DNA from: Azolla caroliniana
Taxonomy: Eukaryota > Plantae > Polypodiophyta
DNA length: 64,000 bases
Reading direction: 5' to 3'
Assembly (NCBI GenBank): GCA_043228905.1
Contig: JBHGNT010000001.1
Coordinates: 13,454,001-13,518,000, forward strand
Within the stretch, counting starts at the first letter, position 1, and each line of letters opens with the position of its first letter. A program made the position numbers and the translations under genes. Shown in pieces: positions 37,055 to 48,830 of the stretch. Below the pieces are notes generated by a model. That model had not been told where the DNA came from and searched no databases. It worked only from the letters and a program-made list of their open reading frames with translations.

Positions 37055-40000
37055 GGTGTTGTCCGCCGGAATAGTAACTGTAAACGATTACTTGCGGAAG
37101 CGTTAGAAAACAGAGAAAGTAGGGAATACACAGAGTACGCGGGAGAGACAGAGAGAGCAGAACATAAAAGCTATATTCAAAAAACGATATAATTACTCTG
37201 TACATGTACAACTATGCTTAGTAGCATTATTTATACAAGTCCTCGTGGGACTAACAGAAGTACCGCGTACTTCAATGCTCACACGAGCATCTGACACTTA
37301 CTACGAGACTATAATTGCCTAGTAGTCTACAGTAATACTAGGATTCCGGTTACTGATTGGATCCGGCTAACTGGCTCCCCAACTCACCGGCTCTGTTGCT
37401 TGCCGACTCGGTTGCTCACAGCTTACCGATCCGCCTCGCTTGCCGCCTCAGGCTTATTCAGCCGATCCGGCTCCAGTTGAGCTTGCCGCTCAACACTCCC
37501 CCTCAAGCTCAACTTGAGGTTGGATCCTAGTGTCAGTCTCTGTGGCAGTCGGTTCTTCCTACCGACTTCTCCTGGCGTCGCTCCGCCATGCTCGCGCTCC
37601 TCGTCCGGTCCGGTTCTACGCGACCCCTCTTGTTCTACGCGCCTCGATCTTCTCGGTCGGTATGTCTGCTCAATAGGCCCCTCTCAACTCCTTCGCTGCT
37701 ATAACTCTGGCGCTTGCCGATTCGTCGGTTCCTCCGCGATGGCATCGACTTCCGCTGCATCTGTGTTTACTTGGCCTTGAATTGATCCGGTTCTTCCGAA
37801 TCTGTCTATTGAACCGAATCGACTATCTCCGATTCGTTCCAGCTCTTGTCTGAATCGGTTGCTCCCGATTCGTCTTTTGGTTCCCAGCCCTTCACCACAT
37901 CGAACCATGTCCGGGTCTTGGCCTTCTTCCTTCGGTCAGCTCTATCCTTCTTGACTCTGCCGCCTTCTGTTCTTCCCTTACTGGCACAATCAGCAGTCTC
38001 TTTGCCTTTGGCTGTTCCGGTGTCTTTGCCGGCTCTCCCCCTCAAGTGTGGCACATCGAGATGCTGAACACCAAGCATTTCGGTGAAGTGTTGCAACTTG
38101 TCCGATCCGAGTGGTTTGGTGAAGATGTCGGCAACTTGCCGATCCGTGTGAACATGCCGAAGTTCAACCTCACCGCTCAGGACACGCTCACGCACGAAGT
38201 GATAGTGCACTTCTATGTGTTTTGTGCGAACATGGAAAACGGGGTTCTTGGCGAGTTGCATGTTGCTTATGTTGTCGCAGTAGACCAAAATCGGGATCGG
38301 TACCTCAATCCGTAAATCTTGCAGCAGTCGCCGAAGCCAAATGGCTTCACAGGTGGCAATGGGAGCGCCCTGATACTCAGCCTCAGTGCTCGACAGAGCA
38401 ACTGTTGGTTGCTTTTTGCTGCTCCACGCAACAACCGCGCTAACTAGGAAAAACATGTAACCAAAGGTTGATCGGCAATTTGATGCATCGCTGGCCCAGT
38501 TGGCATCTGTGTAACTGACGAGCTCTCCGGTTATACCTCGCCGGTATAACAATCCCCGGTCCTTGGTGCGTTGACATACTGCAATATCCGTTGCGCGCAC
38601 TGAAGGTGTTGTACGGTCGGCTTCTGCATGAACTGACTTATCATTCCGACCGGATAGCTGATGTCGGATCGCGTGATAGTCAAGTAAATAAGGCTTCCGA
38701 CAATTTGTCGGAACCGTTGCTCGTTGCAGGCCGGTCTGGAGTTGGGACGAAGCTTCTGGTTCCGGTCCAAGGGTGTGGATACAGGTCGGCATTCTGTCAT
38801 GCCGAACTTGTACAACATATTCAAGACGTAATGTCTTTGTGAGAGCAATATGCCGTTCGGGGTTCGGATCACCTCAGTCCCTAGAAAATAATGAAGGTCC
38901 CCCAGATCCTTCATCTCAAATGCGTCTGACAACTGGGACTTGACGCGGTTGATTTCTGGAACACCCGGTCCGGTGAGGACTAGATCATCAACATACAACA
39001 GTACACATACCGGACCAGTTGGGCCTTGCCGGATGAACAATGAAGAGTCCGATTTGGAGACCACAAACCCCATCTTACACAACCGGTGCGTGATCTTCGC
39101 ATTCCAAGTTCGAGGGGCTTGCTTTAGGCCGTACAACGACTTCTTCAGCCGGCATACTGCCGATTTGCTCATCTCCGATTGAAAACCGGGAGGCTGAGTC
39201 ATGAAGACTTCTTCTCCAAGATCACCTTGAAGGAATGCATTCTTCACATCCATCTGATGAAGATGCCACCCCCTTGCCGCAGCAACCGCCAGCACCACTC
39301 GAACCGTCGTCATCTTCGCTACTGGAGCGAAGGTCTCGTCGTAGTCGATTCCGTGGGTCTGCGCATATCCCTTCACCACTAACCGGGTCTTTGTACTGGT
39401 TAACTGAACCATCGGCGTTGTACTTTACCTTGTATATCCACTTGCATCCGATCGGTTTACAGTGACGAGGAGGGTCAACCAGGTCCCATGTCTTGTTGAC
39501 ATCAAGTGCCCGCATTTCTTCCTCCATAGCGGAACGCCAATTTTCTTCCTTGGCCGCTTCTGCGTAGCTCTCCGGCTCACGCACTTCCGCCACCATAGTC
39601 ATGTACGCATAGTGATGCGCCATGTACTCATTGTACCCGTACCGCTTGACGGGATCCTTCTGGCGGGTGGACCGGCGTAACTCACCGTTACCCGGTTTGA
39701 GGCCCTTCTTGGCCGGTTCGGTCTTCATTGCCGAAGATCCGCCTTTCTCCTTGCCGGAGTCGGATGTACACCGATCCGACTCATCGTTGCCGGATTCGAA
39801 TTCCTGCATCTTCTTCTTCCCCTTCTCTTTGCGCGTGAACCGTCTCCTCGGTTCCTTGCACGGGGAGTGCACGGTAGAGTCTCCACTACTCGTTGGTTCC
39901 TCATCGGACTGGTCAGATTGACTCAGTCTCTCATTCGGCCCACTCAACCGGAACGATTCCGGACTCTCATCCTGAGTCCACTCTTCATCATCCTCTACCT

Positions 40001-40887
40001 GGGCCGGTTCAGGATCACTAGCCTCATCCACCGGCATCGGGTCAGATTCGGAAGTCGGAGTCGGTAAGGAGTACCACGATGCCGATTCATCATACTCGAC
40101 ATCTCAACTAATTCGGACTTGCTTTGTCTGGGGGTTATAACACTTATAACCCTTTTGCTCTTGAGCATAGCCGACTAGGATGCATTTTTCCAATTTTGCA
40201 TCCAGCTTCCTCCGCTTCTCATCTGGTACATGCACAAATGCAATGCTACCGAAGATCTTAAGGTGTCTCAAATTCGGCTTTTGCCCTAAACCCTAAACGA
40301 GACTGGGAATCAACAGCAATAGCTTCCACACAAGCAGACACCAGTAGCTCGGCCAACGTTACAGGTTTTAAATGTAACCAACCAGGCCACTACGCCACGC
40401 AATGTACAACAACCGACCGTGGCAAGGCACCCGCGGGGAACAGTATCATGGCCGATGTTCAGACCTACACCACCCACCTAGGCATCCACAAATTTAGGAG
40501 CACCCCTCGCCACCTCTCATTTAGTACCTATTTAAGCACATGCAAAGCACTAGAAGCACCCCACTCACCTTCAGGACACGTGGCGCTAGTCACTTATTAT
40601 GGCACCCACGACTCAGAATCTTCAGGATTCGCTTCGGGCACAAAAAACTAGGAGTAAGTTACTAAAACCGTTTCCAAAACGCAGCACAGACACAATCTCC
40701 ATCTCTCTCAAGCTCAAAAGCCCCTTCTCGCTCTCATCACTCTAAATGCTCTTGCTCTCAAGCCCTCTTTCGCTCTCATAGCCCCTCTGCTGAACTTCCC
40801 CTTCCTGTTGTTCCTCCTCTGTCTCACCCTCGCCTCATCACTCTTCTTCACTCTTCCACACAGTCAAACCCCGACTCCATCTCCACC

Positions 40888-43876
40888 ATGCCTCTTACCG
40901 CTTCAACAGAAACCCGTGCCTGGCTCCAGGAATGAGGAATGGGCGGTTACCTGAAGATCATCGATGCCCCCGCACACCCAGATGCCCAAGGAGTGGCGAA
41001 ACGTATTTGTCCCCAAGCCATCACCAACAACGTGCTTCGGGTTGTTTTGGACTTGCAACGGGGAGGGGACCATGAGGTCGACATACCCCCGACATCGAAG
41101 CTGAAAGAGTACTTCGGTGAGTACTCAGCCTCAGGGAAGGCATATCGCACGTATGGCGGTCCCAACAGAGCTTTCGGGGAGATTGCTCGTATATTGATGG
41201 AGTATGCGTTCGTGCATACGAACCCGACGAGCATGCCACAGAACAAGGCAACCATCATCATCAGCACGTATGAAGGAAACAGAGACGATCGGGGAATCAT
41301 CACAGGCGAAGGACTCTGCACCGCCTTAGCCTCATTCCAGTCCGGTAAGAAGATGTTGTGTGTTCTTACCCACTTTTTGATGGTTCTATACCCACCCTCT
41401 TCTCTTCCTTCCCCTCGCACTCTCACGTCCCCACCCCCACCATGAAGGCAAAGAGAGAAATTCATTGCCATCAGCCACGAAGCATGGGAGGAGCCCACAT
41501 CGCCTTCACCTCCTGCCGCCGACCAAAACCCCGCATCTGCACCACCACCCACCCAACCCCAACAAAAAAGGGCAGTTTCCGAGACCTGCCAAGAATGGGA
41601 GGAGGAGAAAGCCACGGAGGACAACACGGCAGATGATGTCACCATTCGACAGCCAACGCCGCACCCCTCGGTAACTTCCCCAGGGCCTAGCCCACGCCCC
41701 AACACACAGCAGGCAGCACCACCATGACCCCAGAAAAGGAAGTAGGCGGAGGAAACGACACTACTGGCCCCGAAACCCCAAACCCAGCCAAGTAAGAGAA
41801 GACGACTCAACCGCGAGTCCTCGACAGAACAGAAAGAGCCACAATAGGAGCAAGCCTTAGTTGTCAGCCAGAGCAACCTGGCCATCATCCCTGAGGAGGC
41901 ATCGCTGAACCAGGGAAAGATCGAGCATGGGCAGACAACTCAAATCTCGGAGGATGAAGTCCTCGGGTATAAAGACCTCCCCGCGGAGGCTTACGAATTT
42001 AGTGCACTCCTACACCTCGGTACGACATTCGAGCTGGTTGACTTCCTCGCCAAAGCCCAAGTCGCGGCAGCCGCTTGAATGGCGGAAGAGCATGCCGAAA
42101 CAAAAATGATTCAACGTGCGCTATTAGGTGAAATTGAGCCCCAGGACGACATGGCTTTACAAAAAATAGGGAGAAAAAAGCAGGCAAAACAGGCCGCTCT
42201 CCTCATGGAGGTCCCCGAGTTGAACACGGCCCTTATCGAGGCATATAGGGACCTAGATCGCACTACGCGGGCAGCCAAAGACATGGCTCGAAAGATAAAA
42301 ATAACCCAAAAACAGGCTAAGGTGGCTACGGAATTATGGCACACTGCGAAACAGAAACTGGCAGCCTGGGAGCAAAACCGGCCGGAAAAACAACTCTTGA
42401 GCCTTCCGGCCACGACCACCGAGGCCCTCCCAGCCCCTCCACGCATAACAATGATAGATGAAAGCACCGTCACGGATTCAATCCTGACGATCCAGGCCAG
42501 CACACAAAAGGACTCGTTACAAATGGTCGATGCCTAAACAACAACCGAGGCGGTCACACCCATGGAGAAGACCGAGATACCACCCCCTCGTCCACCTAAG
42601 GAGGTGGCAACCCAGATAGAACCCCCGCTCCGGGATTACCGAGCAGAGCTTAAAGAAGAACAACGGCGAACCGAGAGACACGAACAACGACATCAGGAGG
42701 CGATGGATTGCTTAAAAGAAGAAGCTTCCAAGCAGATGGCCGAGATTAGAGCCCAGGCCGACCAAAGGATACATGAGCAGAATGAAGCACTAGGCCGGGT
42801 ACAAGCGCAAGCCGCGGGCAAAGAAGCAAAACTCAAAAGCAAACTGGACGAATACGCAGCCACAGTGGCAGAGAAAAGGAGGTCCTAGACCTACAGGCCG
42901 CGCTCGACAATGTGAAAGACTGGAACCACCGGTAGGAGGAAAGAAATCGCCAACGGGAGGAGAGAATGATCGCGGAGAATGCCCAGCTGCAGAGTCAGCG
43001 TACGACCCTTAAAGAAATGGCTAACGAGTTTTTCATCAAATGCAAGCTACTTTCGGAGCAAAAAGACGAATTATCTTATTCCTACTTCGCCCTACAAGAA
43101 GAGAGAATCGTCGAACGGGAACAAGTCCGGGCCGCATGTCAAAAAGAATGGGAGAAAGCTACCGAAGAACTCACCAAGCATTACGAGCAGTCTATCCAGC
43201 TCGTAACCATGGATACAAAGAACACTCAAGCCACCTATGCAAAGAACACTCAAAGAAGCTTCAGTCCGAAGTCAACGGCTTAAAATAGGAATTAGCAGTC
43301 GTCCGAGCACAGCCTGGCATGGATGAGACACGCATCAGAATACTGATTGAGAAACAGCGCCAGCACCTCACCAAAAAGGTCAAGGAAACATTAAGTCGCG
43401 CGGGAGATGAATGGGCGGCCCAAGCTGTCGAATTGCATATTTTACGCGTTGACGCCGAGAACCGACAGAAGGAGAGCCGCGGCTTTTACAAAATGGACGA
43501 AGCCAGCATACAAAGCCTGCGTGCAGATTTAACCGAGGATTACCAGTCCTTGGCAAAATCTCACACCGCGGCAATCGAGCAAATACTGGAGGACTTCAAT
43601 GACGGTCAGATGTTGTTTCACCTGGAAGCAGAAGCCTTCGAACGAGAACGACTCGCAGCCATCCCAACCAGCCCTCCAACGGCCACAGAGCAGAAGGAAG
43701 AACCTTCCAGCGAGGGGATCACGGACACGGCACAGGAGGAACTCGCTCCGGCCAACAGACCTCCCGAGGACGCCCACACGGTACCAGATCCAGTCGAAGT
43801 AGAGGTCAGCGCCCTAGAACCCACACCCCCACCAGAAGAATCGGTCGTACCTGAGGCGGACGCCAAGAAGATATGA
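40888..43876 (+). pseudogene. G2b extra ORF, ~1000 codons: N-terminal domain, Pro-rich linker, long coiled coil, acidic tail
   Basis: ORF-track pieces at 40939, 42079, 42562, 42966 and 43319 link through stops and frameshifts. Confidence 0.8.
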
Positions 43877-44059
43877 CACCCCCGGACCAAACTCAACCCC
43901 CCGCACCGATAGTCCAACTAGACCACCCTGCCACCACCCCGGACCCCGAAAACATCCTCGACATCTTAAAAGAGGAATGAAACGAGGATCACGCCTAAAA
44001 GGCAATTTTTGTAATATTGTTAGTATTTTGTAAGTCGTGGATCCGACGGACAAGGTCCT

Positions 44060-44076
44060 GTCCCACGGGCGTGCCA
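44060..44076 (-). promoter_or_regulatory. Inverted tRNA-Arg PBS-like site at the PPT position of G2b
   Basis: Plus strand GTCCCACGGGCGTGCCA equals TGGCACGCCCGTGGGAC on the minus strand, 2 nt from the LTR. Confidence 0.8.
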
Positions 44077-47000
44077 GGTGTTGTCCAGAGGACAGAAATG
44101 TAAAATTAGGAAATTAGCAAACGCCGAGTCCGAGTATCACGGGCCACAGACGGCTCGGCTGTGTATTAGGGGAAACGTTATTTAAACGAGGTCCAGTACC
44201 TCAGAGCAGAGAGAGAGAAAAATATAGGCGGAAGCACTAGCTTAGTCCATCGTAACTAGATAATCCTGTAAGGTCATCGGCCGTAGGCCGTGTTTTGTAA
44301 TCCTTTTTCTGTCGCAGTAATATATCTGATTTGTGCCCATTTTGATCCATGTGTCTGTGCTTTGGTTCATACCTATGATTTCAGCGCCGCCCACGCCTAT
44401 CAAGATCTCGCTAGTGTTTTATCTCTGATCATTTTCTCCCTCACGATGCCTCTGTTACGAGCCTTCACGTACCACACCCTTGAGTACCGATAGCCGTAGA
44501 TCTATCGAAGGTGTTCTAGATGTACACAATGTCACCAATCCGGTTCTAGATGTAAACAGCCGTTCGGACTGCCTCCGCCCAATAGAATTTGGGCATGCTC
44601 TTCTCCTCCAGCATTGCCCTTGCCGCATCGATAAGTGACTGGTTCTTCCTCTCGGCAACACCGTTCTGTTGCGGTGTGTATCTGCAGCTGAACTCTCGCC
44701 GAATTCCCGTTTGCTGTAGATAACTGTTGAATTGGCCGGAAAAGTATTCTTTCCCACCATCCGACTGCAGGCATTTGATCTTCCTCTACGATTCCCGTTC
44801 CACCATGCTTTGGAGACTCCGGAAACACTCGAACCCTTCACTCTTATGCTCCATGAGGTAGATCCATGTGTGTCGCGTATTGTCGTCGATGAAGGAGACG
44901 AAATATCGACTCTCGCCAAGACTAACACTCTGTGCCGGTCCCCACACATCCGAATGGATTAGGTCGAGCTTGTTATGGCTCTGGATACGTTCGTTAGGGA
45001 ATGGAAGCCGGTGTTGCTTCCCGAGTTGGCAGGCTTCACATACTTGGACCTTCCGGCCAATGAATTTCAGCAAACCGAAAACAACTTGTTTCGTTTGCAG
45101 GTCTTGAAGCCTCCGGTAATTGACGTGGCCTATCCACTTGTGCCACAGGTCGATGTCCGATTCGACCTTCTGTCCTTTTACAAACAGAGCGGTGCCGACG
45201 TCATTGGTGTCGAGGATAAACATCCTCCCGTCTTTGTGCCCTTGCGCAATAATTTGGCCCTCTTCCTTGATGAAGCACCCGAGGTGCGTAAACTACACCT
45301 GCATCCCCTGGTCGACGATCTGTCCGACCGACACCAGGTTCTTCGTGATTGTCGGAACGTGTAATACGTTCATCAGCTTCCCCTTCTGTTCGACGTGGCT
45401 CAAAGGGACTTCTCCGATGTGCACGATTGGGTGAGGAGTGTCGTCTCCGGTTTCGACTACTCCTGGTTGATCCGGTTTTTCCAAAAAGGAGAACCACTCT
45501 TTGTGGCTCGTCATCTGGTTCGACGCACCGGAGTCAAGATACCAGACTTCCTCCGATTTGGAAGTGGTCTTCTTCATCGAGTTCGCCTCGTGCTTCATTA
45601 CCAAGGCTGGCCCGTTACCGTTCTTGGATCCTCCCGATCCCTTCGCGTAGTGTGAGCTTTGTCGGCCTTGCCGGATCCGGATTTGTCCGAATCGGCTCAT
45701 TTTCTCCAGCACTCGCTTTCTCTGTGGCCCTTTTTGCCACAATACCAATACCAGCATTCCATTGCTGACTTCTCTTGCCGTCTTCCGGTGTCGCCATGAC
45801 TCCCCGTGCCTGTGGAAGTCCCGGAACTGTTGTCGGCACGTTCTTTGTGCCTTCGTTCTTGCTCTTGCCGACTGCCTCCATTGCGTGCTGACCCGCCTCG
45901 TCCACCACGCCCACGGGACCAATCTACCTCCGTGTACAACATCCGGCTGTCAGTGGATGCGCTAGTTGACGCACCGGCGTGGTTCTCCTCTACAAGGAGC
46001 ATCGACTGTAAGTCGAAAAATGACGGCATATTCTCCCTTGTACACACTACCGTTCGAAACGCTCTGAACTTAGACACCAAGCCCCCAAGACAGACCTGTA
46101 CCATCTCGTCTTCCTCTACAGTGACGTTGATAGAGGCAAGCGAGTCACAGATCTCTTTGATCCGGGCCGTGTAATCCGCCACCGACATGTCCTTCTATCG
46201 GACATTGCTCAACTCCTGTCGGAGTTGCAGCTTCCGGGCTGTAGTGCTCACGGTGAAAACCTTCTTCAAGTTCCCCCAAGCCTCCTTCGGCATCTTGGCG
46301 TCTTGGCATCTCGGATGTGGCTCAACAACTGGTCTCCGACACTGGACGCGAAGCAATACATCACTCTACTTGCCAATTGTTCCCACACTGGGAAGTCCTT
46401 ATGTGCCGCATCAGGTGTTGTTTCGTTGGCTCCTTCGACGAAACTCCAGTAGCCATGCCCAAGTAGGTATTGGTGCATCTTATACGACCAAGATGCATAG
46501 TTGGATCTGTCAAGTTTCTCCAGAGGGAGCGAGCTAGCCATCCCTCTATCCATCACTTCTCTGTCTGTTGTTTTACGACCTATTAGGGTTTTCTTTCAAG
46601 TGTTTTTCGGCTGCAGAGGAGGTTCTCAACCCTCGCACTCTGATACCATGTAAACGATTACTTGCGGAAGCGTTAGAAAACAGAGAAAGTAGGGAATACA
46701 TAGATTACGCGGGAGAGACAGAGAGAGTAGAACGTAAAAGCTATAATCAAAAAACGATATAATTACTCTATACATACAAACGCGTACTTCAATGCTCACA
46801 CGAGCATCTGACACTTACTACGAGACTATAATTGCCTAGTAGTCTACACTAATACTAGGCTTCCGGTTACTGATTGGATCCGGCTAACCGGCTCCCCAGC
46901 TCACTGGCTCTGTTGCTTGCCGGCTCGGTTGCTCACAGCTTACCGATCCGTCTCGCTTGCCGCCTCAGGCTTATTCAGCCGATCCGGCTCCAGTTGAGCT

Positions 47001-48041
47001 TGCCGCTCAACAGTAACCGACGGACAGGAGCGCAGAAATATAGAAATAGTAAAAACATAACGCATGTAACGGGTCACGCGGGAAGCGTTAACGGCTAAAA
47101 GACCCTGTGTATATAAAGGGCAGAAATCCTCTGTAAGAGGTAGCGTGTAAATTTTGGTGCATAGAGTGTATCTTAATAGAGTTCTATCTTCTCTGATCCC
47201 CTGTGCATCTCTGTGGTTAATCTACTGTGTTTCTGTGATTCTTGGTGGCGTATTGTAATGGTAAGAGCGTAGGCCTTGAGTGTGAGTGTTGTTACTAGTG
47301 CACTGTCTAAGGAGTTCGGTTGTAGCCGTCTCTCTTATACACTTCTAGGATACGAGGAGGTATGCCATGACGCATTATGGTACGATGGTATCGTGAAGAA
47401 AACCGTCCCTTAGCGCAATCGGTGCATAGCGCGCGTGATCCGGCTCTTCACGCGTGCGCGCCCTTAATGTATATAATAGAGAATTAGGTACAAAAGTATA
47501 TCCTAGGTAGTTAGATTCGGTAGGTGGGAAGTTAATGAGGGAAACGGCTCCCTTCTTGAAGCTATAAAAGAGAGGGAGACGCGGGGGAGAGGGGATCGCG
47601 CATGGAGGAGGACGAAGTGTTGTCGGACAGTAACCGAACGCTTCTCCTCTATTCTTTCTCCATCGTTCTTCTCTGCAGGTTTTCGGGAGGCTCGCACTGC
47701 TTCGAGGAACGCTCGTGTGCTTCCGGCAGCACCTCCATCCTATCCCCTTTCGTGCGCAGACGAGCATGCATCGACATCTGTTCGCCGGCCTGTTCGGTTG
47801 TAACCGCTTGCTTGCTCTGTTGTTTATTTGTCATTCGTTAATATACAAACATTCGTGTTTCTCTGTCTCTGTGTCCATTCGTGTCTTCTGCGTTGACGGG
47901 CCGAGTCCCTGTGTTTCTTTGCTCATACGTAACCGGGCGTCTCTCTCTTTCTCTTTCCCCTTCCATCACCTGCTCTTCGGTTCAAGACCCCGGTGGTCCC
48001 GCCTCGTTTCTCCACGCACGCGCGTAGTAACGTGACATCTT

Positions 48042-48059
48042 TGGTGAACCCGACGTGAA
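48042..48059 (+). promoter_or_regulatory. PBS, tRNA-Trp (TGGTGAACCCGACGTGAA)
   Basis: 18-nt complement of the plant tRNA-Trp 3' end (..UUCACGUCGGGUUCACCA). Confidence 0.9.
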
Positions 48060-48630
48060 CAAGGCGGCAGAGGAGCAGAAGATGAGGGGGTCAGATCTTG
48101 TAAAGGCCATGGCTTCGGCCATGGACCGGATAGTGAGCTATTGAGGTGATCGTCGGTACGATCGTGTTGAAAAACAGTGCTCGGCCACAACCGAGGAACA
48201 GGATCAACTCACAGAAAACGGGAAATACAAAGTGCACGAGGACAATAGAGAGAAAGGTACACTGGATGTTTTACGTGGAAAACCCTAAATGGGAAAAAAC
48301 CACGGGAGTCCTCAAACTCCAACTATCACTATAAACAGGGATGTACACTGGTGAAGCTACAAGGCAACAACCTTGAGCTCACTGTCTTCGCCACAGGCGG
48401 CGGTAATACACAGAGGCAACGACCTCTTCGTCTCTCTCTCTCTCTCTCTCTCTCTCGGCTGCTCTCACTGCATATAAAAATGAGCAACAACAACTTTTAA
48501 ACTGTTTGCCCTAAGTCATATTTATACTCATATGACTTTCGGGCTATTTACAAATATAGCCTCAAGGGCTCTTGGCAAACATATTCACAAATATGTCCCC
48601 GCATCCGGATCTCTCTCCGGTACATTCGTC

Positions 48631-48759
48631 ATCCGGCTCCGTAACCGGGGTCTTCAGCATCCGGCTCCGTAACCGGGGTCTTCATCATCCGGCTCCGTAA
48701 CCGGGGTCTTCATCATCCGGCTCCGTAGCCGGGGTCTTCATCATCCGGCTCCGTAACCG
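48631..48759. repeat. 28-bp tandem repeat (~4.6 copies) in Copia E U3; also at 53403-53531
   Basis: Unit ATCCGGCTCCGTAACCGGGGTCTTCATC. Confidence 0.92.
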
Positions 48760-48830
48760 CAACCGGGCTTGCCGTCATTCATCTCCGGACATCCCATCCG
48801 GAGGGACCGAAATCCCAACAAACTCCCCCT

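Larger units (their letters stand above)
40298..44528 (+). mobile_element. 5'-truncated G2-family fragment G2b (extra ORF plus 3' LTR from 44079)
   Basis: ORF homologous to the G2a extra ORF; same inverted PBS then GG|TGTTGTCC; no 5' LTR and no TSD. Confidence 0.82.
37806..46556 (-). pseudogene. Copia B gag-pol pseudogene (interrupted ~40287-44529)
   Basis: WYLDSGASN, HSDVWGP, LYVDDL, YTDANWA, TKHIEVHYHF; frameshifts. Confidence 0.93.
37079..47012 (-). mobile_element. Ty1/copia element B, full length, TSD GTAAC
   Basis: LTRs 37079-37495 and 46649-47012; PBS TGGTATCAGAG 46638-46648; PPT 37496-37507; GTAAC at 37074-37078 and 47013-47017. Confidence 0.96.

Noticed and set aside
40284-40297. 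Interstitial telomere array from a chromosome fusion
   Set aside because: Only two units, and Copia B is continuous on both sides with an intact TSD.
40888-43876. Host coiled-coil gene or true env gene
   Set aside because: Its homologue lies between pol and the 3' LTR in G2a, it has no introns, and no transmembrane or signal segment is seen.
48631-48759. CRISPR-like 28-bp repeats
   Set aside because: Head-to-tail with no spacers, duplicated in both LTRs, eukaryotic context, no cas genes.
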